Below, piece after piece: positions 39,173-47,780 of a stretch of DNA of 64,000 nucleotides (within the stretch, counting starts at the first letter, position 1; the number at the start of each line of letters is the position of its first letter). The notes under the pieces were generated by a model that worked only from the letters and a program-made list of their open reading frames with translations, was not told the origin of the DNA and did no database searches. The DNA comes from Parcubacteria bacterium RAAC4_OD1_1 (lineage in GTDB: Bacteria; Patescibacteriota; Minisyncoccia; Phycocordibacterales; UBA9973): contig AWSN01000001.1 in NCBI GenBank assembly GCA_000505065.1, positions 196,567-260,566 of the forward strand, read 5' to 3'. Made by a program: the position numbers and the translations under genes.

Positions 39173-40036
39173 CTATTTTATCTTATCTATTATTTTTTTA
39201 TAAGTATCAGGTCTTCGATTTCTCATAAATCCCCAATCTTCGGAGATAATATCATTCATGGATAAATCCAGTGTTTGTATTATTATCTCATCTTTTTTAG
39301 AATTAGCTCTTTTGAGAACTTTACCAAAAGCATCTGTCACAAAAGATTGCCCCCAGAAATTTAAATTACCTTCTTTACCTACTCTATTTACAGCGATAAC
39401 AGGAAGACTATTAGCAATAGAATGCCCTCTCATCACTGTTTCCCATGCATCATGCCAATCTCCATCTTTTGGTTTGTTCCCTATAATATTACCTATTGCG
39501 GTAGGATAAAATATCATTTCTGTGCCTGAAAGTTTAGAAACTCTAGCTGCTTCAGGAAACCATTGATCAAAACAGATAAGTACAGTATAAGATACATCTT
39601 TGTGTTTATATAAACTATACCCATTATCCCCTTCGGCAAAATAATCCTTTTCATAAAAGCTTGGATCATGAGGTATGTGTATTTTCCTATAAGACTTTCC
39701 AATTTCTCCTTTTTCATTCAAAACTACAACCGTATTAAAATATTTTCCTGCTTTAGTTTTTTCATAAATTGGTAGAATTATAGAGCAACCATATTTTTTA
39801 GAAATTACAGAAAATGCATTTGTAGATTCCCCAGGAATAGTCTCTAAATAATCTTTTATATCCACACCTTTTTCTCTAGGAAAATACGGGGTCTTATAAA
39901 GCTCTTGCAAGCAAATAATCTCTGCTCCCTTTTTAGCGGCAGTTTCTACCATCTTTAAAGTCTTTTCTAAATTTGATTTCAAATTATTAGAAACTGAACT
40001 TTGTATTAACCCAACTTTTATTAATTTTTTTGACAT
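39173..40036 (-). CDS. aguB: N-carbamoylputrescine amidohydrolase (CN-hydrolase family)
   Basis: Nitrilase-superfamily fold. Context with aguA. 287 aa. Confidence 0.8.
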   Translation of the reverse strand: MSKKLIKVGLIQSSVSNNLKSNLEKTLKMVETAAKKGAEIICLQELYKTPYFPREKGVDIKDYLETIPGESTNAFSVISKKYGCSIILPIYEKTKAGKYFNTVVVLNEKGEIGKSYRKIHIPHDPSFYEKDYFAEGDNGYSLYKHKDVSYTVLICFDQWFPEAARVSKLSGTEMIFYPTAIGNIIGNKPKDGDWHDAWETVMRGHSIANSLPVIAVNRVGKEGNLNFWGQSFVTDAFGKVLKRANSKKDEIIIQTLDLSMNDIISEDWGFMRNRRPDTYKKIIDKIK

Positions 40037-40055
40037 ATTGTTTCCAAAAGCGAAA

Positions 40056-40137
40056 TAAATTATTTTATGAAAAAATGTCTGGCACCGGCTCCCGTCCCCT
40101 AAATCCGAGGACTTTTTTCAGAATATAATTTGTGAAG
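40056..40137 (-). repeat. MITE-like TIR element, copy B (in the 5' leader of aguB)
   Basis: Same element, ~85% identical to copy A. Ends ~19 nt before the aguB ATG. Confidence 0.7.
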
Positions 40138-40146
40138 CTTTTTGTT

Positions 40147-41349
40147 TTACGACAACCTATTTTTAAAATCTTTATAATTAAACCTTTTTACAATTTTAAT
40201 CTTTTTATCTTTACCCATTATAGCAATATTTGGAAGGTTTATACCATTAAATGTATTATTCTTCACCATTGTATAAATAGCCATATTCATAAATACAACC
40301 CTGTCTCCTATTTTAAGAGGATTTTTAAAAGCATACTCACCTATAACATCACCAGTAAGGCAAGATGGCCCTACGAGCCTATAAACATTCTCATTATCTT
40401 CACTTGGGAGCTCAGCTCCCAAGATGGTTGGAAGATATGGCATCTCTATCACATCTGGCATATGGCAAGTAGGAGAAATATCCAAAACTGCAATATTTTT
40501 ACCATTTCTAAAGATATCTATCACGCTTCCCACCAAGACGCCAGCATTGAGTGCCACAGCCTCTCCAGGCTCAAGATACACCTCTAGGTGTGGATACCTA
40601 ACCTTAAAATCTTTAATAATCTTTTTAAGTAAATCTAAATCATAATCCTCTCTTGTGATATGATGCCCACCACCAAAATTTACCCATTTCATTTTTGCAA
40701 AAAATTTACCAAATTTTTCCTCAAAGACTTTAAGAGATCTTTCAAGTGCGTCAGCATTAAGCTCGCAAAGATTATGAAAATGAAGTCCTTCTATGCCATC
40801 TAAATTATCTTCCTCAAAATTTGCTCTTGTAACTCCAAATTGAGAATTAGGTCGTGATGGGTCATACATCTCAATCTCTGATTCACTATGTTCCAAGTTC
40901 ACACGGATACCACAAGAAACCCGCTTCTTAGATTTTTCAACAATTTTTTGAAATTTATTCCATTGTGAAAATGAATTAAAAACAAGATGATCAGAATATT
41001 TTATATAATCTTTTATGTTTTCTTCTGTATAAGAAGGAGAAAATGTGTGAACTTCCTTTTTAAATTCTTCATACCCTAGACGTGCTTCATTTACCGAGCT
41101 TGCTTCACTACCAGAAAGATACTTGCGAACCAAAGGAAAAGTAGAAAACATAGAAAAACCTTTCATAGCAAGAAGTATCTTGCAACCTGTTTCTTTTTGT
41201 ACTTCATTTAGAATCTTTAAATTCTTTTCAGTATGTGGCAAAGAAACTACATAGGTTGGTGTATCTTTTAACTTACTTAATTCTTTTTCACTCCAACCTT
41301 CTTCGTTTATCCAAGGCTCAACAAACGGTTCGTTACAATTTTTTGACAT
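40147..41349 (-). CDS. nspC: Carboxynorspermidine/carboxyspermidine decarboxylase
   Basis: Fold-III PLP decarboxylase of ~400 aa with CANSDC-like N-terminus. Adjacent to the CANSDH gene. Confidence 0.75.
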   Translation of the reverse strand: MSKNCNEPFVEPWINEEGWSEKELSKLKDTPTYVVSLPHTEKNLKILNEVQKETGCKILLAMKGFSMFSTFPLVRKYLSGSEASSVNEARLGYEEFKKEVHTFSPSYTEENIKDYIKYSDHLVFNSFSQWNKFQKIVEKSKKRVSCGIRVNLEHSESEIEMYDPSRPNSQFGVTRANFEEDNLDGIEGLHFHNLCELNADALERSLKVFEEKFGKFFAKMKWVNFGGGHHITREDYDLDLLKKIIKDFKVRYPHLEVYLEPGEAVALNAGVLVGSVIDIFRNGKNIAVLDISPTCHMPDVIEMPYLPTILGAELPSEDNENVYRLVGPSCLTGDVIGEYAFKNPLKIGDRVVFMNMAIYTMVKNNTFNGINLPNIAIMGKDKKIKIVKRFNYKDFKNRLS

Positions 41350-41376
41350 AATATTTAAATATATTAACTAATAATT

Positions 41377-43092
41377 TTAATAAATTTCATTCTGGTAGCA
41401 TTTTTCACAATATATAATCTCTGGTCTCTCTGGGGCGTAAGGGGTTTCAAATTCATTATTACATCCTTCTTTCATACACTTACGATGCCAAAGCTTAAAT
41501 GGATTCCTTTGAGATAATCTTTCATAATGCCTACAATTAGGGCAATATCTAGGCAGTGCTATATTATGACGCCTTAAAAAAGATAATTCTTCTGGCATTA
41601 TTCTATAAGCAAGGGTACATTGAGTCAATTCATTCCCGTTATTAGGGCAAGATATTATTTCATTGATAATTTCATCTTTTACATCCTTTATATGATCTGG
41701 TAAATCTTCACTTTTAATAGTTACATTGTAATTTCTTTCAATTGGTTTTCTATACAAATAACCTTCTTCAGAAATAGAATTCTTACTTTTAGGATAATAT
41801 TCTTGAGCTATGGTTTCATTGTAAGCAAATGGAGATAATTCGGGTGGAAAAAATTCACCATATTTATATACTCTACCTTTATTATCTATATATGGCATAT
41901 CTGACATATGGTCTATTATTTTGGGAATTAACTTCTCATATTCTTCTTTGGTGTATTGTTTGTTCAAGATACAATATTCACCCTTTCTAATTCCAATGCA
42001 ACCAAAAAGATTTTTTGAATTGTAACACATATAAGTATAATTTGTATCTATACTTCCATGATTTAAAACACAAAATAGATTATTAAAAGCCTTCAATCCA
42101 GAATCAACCCCTTCATACATTAAAGAAGTTCCTACTCCAAATCCATACATATCATAACTATCTTTAGCGTCGAAACCATGAATTAAATATTTTGAATCTT
42201 CTACAAGCCCATATATATCAAAACAATTTTTAATATTTTTAGAATTCAAAATAGCATCACCAACACAATCCACTGACTTTATAATCCCAGCATATTTATT
42301 TGGATAATTCAAAATAAAATTTTTATATTTATTTTTAAATTCATTCAATATCTTATAACTACCAAAATCTAGTTCCTTTTTTATTTTTTCATATTCTTCT
42401 TTTAAATATTGTTCATTTAATATACAAAATTTTTTATTTCTTAAATTTACACAACCAATACAATCTTGACAATTAATACATTCTTTAAGAAAAATAGAAT
42501 TTATTGATTGATCTGCACCAAAAGAAAAGAAAGTCTTATAAGATGAATCACAAAAAGAATCTTCATAACATTCTTCACATTTCTGAATTTTATATGTATC
42601 AAAACAATTTTTCAAACTAGAGGCACCAAGAGAATACATAGTATCTTCTGCTAAATAAGATGCGTAAACTAAATAGCAATTTTTTAAGTCTAAAGCATGA
42701 TTTACATAAGGTGAATTTATGCAATTATTATTACCTAAATTTTGAAGTGGTACTTTTGATATTAACTCTTTGAATTGCTCAAAAAATGGTTTAGAGAAAT
42801 CATATTCTTTTCCGTAATCTTTTGGATCCCATTTATCACTCCACCATATATCACGATCATAAACTTTAACATTAGCCTTTGGGTGAAACATAGTAATCAT
42901 ATTATTGCCACCAAAATCACAAATTCTCCTAAAAAGAGCTCTTTCATTTCTCCAAACCATTCTTCTTACCACCCTACACTCCGGGCAAAATGTCGGTGGA
43001 GAGACTTTTATTTTTTCATAAAATACAAAATCTTCCGGCTCAATAATAAAGTCATTTTTACAATTCTGACATTTTTTAATCTCATTTTGCAT
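41377..43092 (-). CDS. Cysteine-rich repeat protein of unknown family (571 aa) embedded in the polyamine operon
   Basis: N-terminal zinc-ribbon CQNC..x24..CPEC. Internal ~120-aa duplicated modules ending C(I/F)LN(E/K)QY(L/T)KEEYEK(I/L). C-terminal CPNC..C..GC..YCEKC. Paralog at 63034..64000. Confidence 0.6.
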   Translation of the reverse strand: MQNEIKKCQNCKNDFIIEPEDFVFYEKIKVSPPTFCPECRVVRRMVWRNERALFRRICDFGGNNMITMFHPKANVKVYDRDIWWSDKWDPKDYGKEYDFSKPFFEQFKELISKVPLQNLGNNNCINSPYVNHALDLKNCYLVYASYLAEDTMYSLGASSLKNCFDTYKIQKCEECYEDSFCDSSYKTFFSFGADQSINSIFLKECINCQDCIGCVNLRNKKFCILNEQYLKEEYEKIKKELDFGSYKILNEFKNKYKNFILNYPNKYAGIIKSVDCVGDAILNSKNIKNCFDIYGLVEDSKYLIHGFDAKDSYDMYGFGVGTSLMYEGVDSGLKAFNNLFCVLNHGSIDTNYTYMCYNSKNLFGCIGIRKGEYCILNKQYTKEEYEKLIPKIIDHMSDMPYIDNKGRVYKYGEFFPPELSPFAYNETIAQEYYPKSKNSISEEGYLYRKPIERNYNVTIKSEDLPDHIKDVKDEIINEIISCPNNGNELTQCTLAYRIMPEELSFLRRHNIALPRYCPNCRHYERLSQRNPFKLWHRKCMKEGCNNEFETPYAPERPEIIYCEKCYQNEIY

Positions 43093-43122
43093 TTTATTTT
43101 TATTTAGAAACTAAAATCTTTC

Positions 43123-44373
43123 TTAGTAATTCTTTTTTAATTCTTTTGGAATATCTTTTAGATTTTTGATTATTGTTTTGAGTCCTACTTTTTCCATTTC
43201 TTCTATAAACACTTTTGAATCAAGAGACTTATCTTCTGTGTTTTTAACTCCGACTCCTCCCCATTTACCTTCGAGGACTAATTTAGCTACAGTTACAGTC
43301 GGTATGGCTGTGGTATACCCTATGGCATTTCCGTTTGTTTCTTTGTATGCTTCATGGTGATCACAAACATTATAAATATATACATATTTATTCTTCTTAT
43401 TTTTCTTTCCAGCGATTATATTACCAATATTTGTCTTACCAACATATCCACTATTGAAATCTTCACCTTTTGGAAGTATTGCTTTTAAGAATTTAACTGG
43501 CACCACTTCTTTGCCATCATAATTTATTGGGTCAATTCTAGTTAAGCCGACATTATAAAGCACACGAAGATAAGTAAGATAATTCTTTGAGAATGTCATC
43601 CAAAAACGAATTCTCTTCAATCCTTTAATATGAGTAGGGATAGTTTCAAGTTCTTCGTGATACATTAGATAAGGAGTAAATTTACCAGCTTCTGGAAAAT
43701 TAAATTCAAAATAAGGAGCATCTTCATCAATAAGCTTACCCTTCTCTAGCCATTTACCATCTTTCCAATACTTAATTGGTAAAATAAGTTCACGTAGATT
43801 TATCTCTGGGTCAAAGTTTGGAGCAAATTTAATCTTTTCATCTTTTGATCCACCATTACAATCAAGTATGTCTATGGTATCTATCTGATCAAAAATATAA
43901 TCTCTTGCATAAGCAGAATAGATATTTGAAACACCTGGATCAAACCCAGCTCCTAAAATAGCAAGCAAACCTTTTTTCTTAAATGCTTCATTTTTAGCTA
44001 ATTGTTTCTCATAAGAGAATCCATAATGCTCTGGGTGCTCATAGCAAGCTGTATCTATATACCTTACCCCATATTCTAAACAAGCATCCATAACTACAAG
44101 ATTGTCATAAGGACTCCCCCAATTTACCACCAAATCAGGGCGTACCTCATTTAAAATATTTAGAAAATTTTTACCTGTACCCACATCTGTGATATGTATT
44201 TTTAGGTCTACTTTACCCTTAGACTTTTTCTTTACAGAATCTCTCACAGATTCGCACTTCTTCAAAGTCCTACCTACAACGTGAATCTCTCCAAAAACCT
44301 TTGGATATTGAGCCATCTTATGAAGTCCAACACTTCCTACATTTCCACATCCTATAACTAAAATTTTATTCAT
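43123..44373 (-). CDS. Carboxynorspermidine dehydrogenase/synthase (saccharopine dehydrogenase-like)
   Basis: MNKILVIGCGNVGSVGLHKMAQ Rossmann N-terminus. 416 aa, CANSDH family. Confidence 0.75.
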   Translation of the reverse strand: MNKILVIGCGNVGSVGLHKMAQYPKVFGEIHVVGRTLKKCESVRDSVKKKSKGKVDLKIHITDVGTGKNFLNILNEVRPDLVVNWGSPYDNLVVMDACLEYGVRYIDTACYEHPEHYGFSYEKQLAKNEAFKKKGLLAILGAGFDPGVSNIYSAYARDYIFDQIDTIDILDCNGGSKDEKIKFAPNFDPEINLRELILPIKYWKDGKWLEKGKLIDEDAPYFEFNFPEAGKFTPYLMYHEELETIPTHIKGLKRIRFWMTFSKNYLTYLRVLYNVGLTRIDPINYDGKEVVPVKFLKAILPKGEDFNSGYVGKTNIGNIIAGKKNKKNKYVYIYNVCDHHEAYKETNGNAIGYTTAIPTVTVAKLVLEGKWGGVGVKNTEDKSLDSKVFIEEMEKVGLKTIIKNLKDIPKELKKNY

Positions 44374-44519
44374 TTTATTTAAAGCATAATTAAAATAATA
44401 ACCTTTATATTTTACTACAAACCACTCAAAATAAAAAGCCTTGATTTTTGGTGTAAATACTATAAAATTAAAGAGTTTATAGTTAATACATCCACCAATT
44501 TTAAAAGGTGGTAAATAAA

Positions 44520-45857
44520 ATGTCTAAAACAATAATCGTCAATAAATTTGGTGGAGGAATTCTAAAGAAAGATTTTATTCCCCTAATATCAAAAAGATTA
44601 AAAGAACAACTTAAAAATGGTACGAGGCCCATTGCTGTTCTTTCTGCTATGCCAGGAGTCACAGATGAACTTCTTGCTTTTGTGGCAATAATTAGAGAAA
44701 ATAATACTAAAGAAAATGTAGAATCTCATATAGAGAACATAAAAAAGAAACATTTCGATATAATAGAATCTATCGATATTGATAAAAATCAAATCACTTA
44801 TTTAAAAAATGATATTCTTAATTCTTTAAACAAACTAAAGGATGACTTAAATAAAAACAAAAAATTTGATAATAAATTAGAAGATAAAATAGTTTCTTAT
44901 GGTGAGAGACTTTCTACTATAATAATGAGCTATTACTTCAAAAAAACAATTCCTGAAGTAGAGACATTGCTTGCCGAAGACATTCCTATAATTACAGATG
45001 ATAATTTCAAAAATGCTAATATAAATTATGAAGTATCTAAAAAGAATCTAATAGAAAAAATAAAAAATACAAAAGGGCTCGTTGTGATATCTGGATTCAC
45101 TGGTAAAACTAAAAACGGAGAGATCACTACACTCGGTCGTGGTGGGACAGATACGACAGCGTGCTTTGTGGGGTCTGTACTCAATGCATCTAAGGTAGTT
45201 CTATGGAAAGATGTAGGTGGAGTACTCTCTGCTGACCCTAGAATTATAAAAGATGCTAAAACTATACCTTTTATAGATTATTTTGAAGCAGAAGAAGCGG
45301 GTAAGATAATACACGACAAAGCTATACAATATATAAAAATAAATGAGATCCCAGTAGAAGTTTGCTCAATAATAAACCCTAAACAAAAAACAAAAATAGG
45401 AAAATCATCCAAAAGAACTTTTGGAGCTAAACTTGTAAGTATTAAAAAAGATTTAAATTTTATTTTAATTACAGATGAAAATAAAAAACTTAACGACTTA
45501 ACGCTTTTAGTATCTCAGATATTCAACAAATACAAACTAGAAATAACTTTAATAAGTAATTCCAAATATAGTCTTCAAATAATTTCAGATAATAAAAATG
45601 GAAATTTAGAAAAAGCATGTTTAGAGATAAAAGAAAAAGTGGAAGAAATAAATGTAACCAAAGCTGTGATGATCTTTGCTATAGGAATGTTTGAAGCTAA
45701 AGATGTAAGTACTTTTAATGATATAATACTAAAACAAAATGCAGATTTATTAATAAGTGCTTTCTATTATGAAGACTGTAGAAGGATAGAAGCTATAATA
45801 AATACAAGTGATACAAATAAAGTCGTAAAAGCAGTTTATAAAAAATTTATTAAATAA
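44520..45857 (+). CDS. lysC: Aspartate kinase
   Basis: VNKFGGGIL amino-acid-kinase motif plus C-terminal ACT-like region. AAGGTGG Shine-Dalgarno 8 nt upstream of ATG 44520. The ORF-track start at 44508 is GTG. Confidence 0.75.
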   Translation: MSKTIIVNKFGGGILKKDFIPLISKRLKEQLKNGTRPIAVLSAMPGVTDELLAFVAIIRENNTKENVESHIENIKKKHFDIIESIDIDKNQITYLKNDILNSLNKLKDDLNKNKKFDNKLEDKIVSYGERLSTIIMSYYFKKTIPEVETLLAEDIPIITDDNFKNANINYEVSKKNLIEKIKNTKGLVVISGFTGKTKNGEITTLGRGGTDTTACFVGSVLNASKVVLWKDVGGVLSADPRIIKDAKTIPFIDYFEAEEAGKIIHDKAIQYIKINEIPVEVCSIINPKQKTKIGKSSKRTFGAKLVSIKKDLNFILITDENKKLNDLTLLVSQIFNKYKLEITLISNSKYSLQIISDNKNGNLEKACLEIKEKVEEINVTKAVMIFAIGMFEAKDVSTFNDIILKQNADLLISAFYYEDCRRIEAIINTSDTNKVVKAVYKKFIK

Positions 45858-45863
45858 TTTAAA

Positions 45864-45945
45864 TATAAAAGTTACACAAATTATATTCTGAAAAAAGTCC
45901 TCAGACGAGGGGGACGGGAGCCGGTGCCAGACATTTTTTCATAAA
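45864..45945 (+). repeat. MITE-like TIR element, copy C (in the 5' leader of asd, inverted on the + strand)
   Basis: Reverse complement matches copies A/B/D. Same orientation relative to the downstream gene. Ends ~28 nt before the asd ATG. Confidence 0.7.
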
Positions 45946-45973
45946 ATAATTTGTTTCGCTTTAAAAATTAAAG

Positions 45974-47062
45974 ATGAAAAAAATTAAAGTTGGGATATTG
46001 GGTGCGACAGGAATGGTTGGGCAAAATTATATAAAACTATTAGAAAATCATCCTTGGTTTGATGTTGTGTACTTAGCTGCATCAACAAATTCTGCTGGAT
46101 TAAAATATACTGACGCTGTAAAGGGACGATGGCAGATGACTACCCCTATCCCTAAAAAAATAGAAAATATTAAAGTTGAAGATGTGTCTCAAATAGAAAA
46201 AGCAAAAGGTAAATGTAATTTTGTTTTCTCTGCATTTGAAATTAGTGATAAAAATATCGTAAAAGAAATAGAAGAAAAATATGCAGAAGCTGGCATCCCC
46301 GTAGTTTCTAACGCATCTGCAAATAGGTGGACCACCGATGTCCCTATGCTTATTCCTGAGATAAATGCCTCTCATACAGACATAATAACCACCCAAAAGA
46401 AGAATCATGGGTGGAAAGATGGATTCATTGCTGTAAAGCCTAATTGTAGCTTACAGAGCTATTTAACCCCTATCTATGCTCTAAATAAAGCTGGATTCCC
46501 TATCAAAAGGATATTTATAACAACCTTACAAGCAGTTTCCGGAGCCGGTTATCCTGGAGTACCAAGCCTAGATATGATAGATAATGTAGTTCCTTTTATA
46601 GGAGGAGAAGAAGAAAAAACAGAAAATGAACCACTTAAAATTCTAGGGGAAATTAAAAATGGTAAATTTGAAAAAAATAAAGAATTAAAAATTTCAGCTC
46701 AATGCATGAGAGTTCCCGTATCAGATGGTCATCTTGCTTGTGTTAGTATTTTATTTAAAAACAAAAAACCAACAAAAGAACAAATAATAAAAATCTGGAA
46801 TGAATTCGAGTCTGTTCCCCAAGATTTAAAATTACCATTTGCCCCAGTCCAACCAATAATATATACCGAAGAAGAAAATCGCCCTCAACCCAAAAAAGAC
46901 CGTAATAATGACAAGGCAATGGCTGTTACAGTCGGTAGGCTTCGAGAATGCAATATCTTTGATTATAAATTCGTGGCACTTTCACACAACACAGTTCGTG
47001 GAGCTGCTGGTGGTGGAATATTGAATGCTGAACTTTTGGTTAAAAAAGGATTAATAAAATAA
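45974..47062 (+). CDS. asd: Aspartate-semialdehyde dehydrogenase
   Basis: MKKIKVGILGATGMVGQ N-terminus and catalytic Cys region. 362 aa. Confidence 0.85.
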   Translation: MKKIKVGILGATGMVGQNYIKLLENHPWFDVVYLAASTNSAGLKYTDAVKGRWQMTTPIPKKIENIKVEDVSQIEKAKGKCNFVFSAFEISDKNIVKEIEEKYAEAGIPVVSNASANRWTTDVPMLIPEINASHTDIITTQKKNHGWKDGFIAVKPNCSLQSYLTPIYALNKAGFPIKRIFITTLQAVSGAGYPGVPSLDMIDNVVPFIGGEEEKTENEPLKILGEIKNGKFEKNKELKISAQCMRVPVSDGHLACVSILFKNKKPTKEQIIKIWNEFESVPQDLKLPFAPVQPIIYTEEENRPQPKKDRNNDKAMAVTVGRLRECNIFDYKFVALSHNTVRGAAGGGILNAELLVKKGLIK

Positions 47063-47752
47063 TTATCTCACTTCTAAAAAAATTTTAGGGTGATTATCAA
47101 GTATATTTGTTTTTATTTCAGGAAAAATTTCTCCTTTTTGTAATAGTCCAACAAATTCTGTTATCCTGGTTTTATAAGGGTAAACATATGCTTCAAATAA
47201 AACTCCACGGGCTTTAACTTGTACCATTAATTCTGGTAGTTCTTCTAAAATATATCTTCCAAATTTATTTATCTCATTATTATTAAATGTCCTTTTTTCT
47301 TTTGAAACCCATTCTTTTACAAAATTTTCTATATAATTTTTAAAATTAATATTTTTATCATATAAATTATATAAATATTTAACTTTCTCTTTATATTTAG
47401 AATCTGCAATATCTGACCATGTAGCATATATTATTTTTGCTTGTTCATCTTGACTAAAAGACAAACTAACCCTTTCTTTTATTTTAATAAAAAGATTCCT
47501 TCCGTACCTTATTGCAACCTCTTCTGCGTGACTATCAGACAATTTATTACGAACAGATAAATTAATCCCATGTATTGAGTCAGCAATATAAATTATTACA
47601 TACTCTTTAGTGTGCAATAATGACCATTTAACTAATTTTTCTATATTATCTATACTAAACCATTTATTACCCAAACTAATAGCTACCCCAATATTATATT
47701 TTTTGAGTTCTATATCATTTTTATGGCAACCTCTTATTTGATGTAATTCCAT
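47063..47752 (-). CDS. Cyclodipeptide synthase (CDPS) family protein
   Basis: Catalytic-Ser motif GVAISLGNKWFS (AlbC GISAGNSYFS, YvmC GISPFNSRFS). YILEELPEL (AlbC YVLAELPLF, catalytic Y/E). AYVYP..TRITEFVGLL (AlbC CYHIDTPITAFL). 229 aa. Confidence 0.6.
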   Translation of the reverse strand: MELHQIRGCHKNDIELKKYNIGVAISLGNKWFSIDNIEKLVKWSLLHTKEYVIIYIADSIHGINLSVRNKLSDSHAEEVAIRYGRNLFIKIKERVSLSFSQDEQAKIIYATWSDIADSKYKEKVKYLYNLYDKNINFKNYIENFVKEWVSKEKRTFNNNEINKFGRYILEELPELMVQVKARGVLFEAYVYPYKTRITEFVGLLQKGEIFPEIKTNILDNHPKIFLEVR

Positions 47753-47780
47753 AAATGTATTTTAATATAATTTTCTGTAA

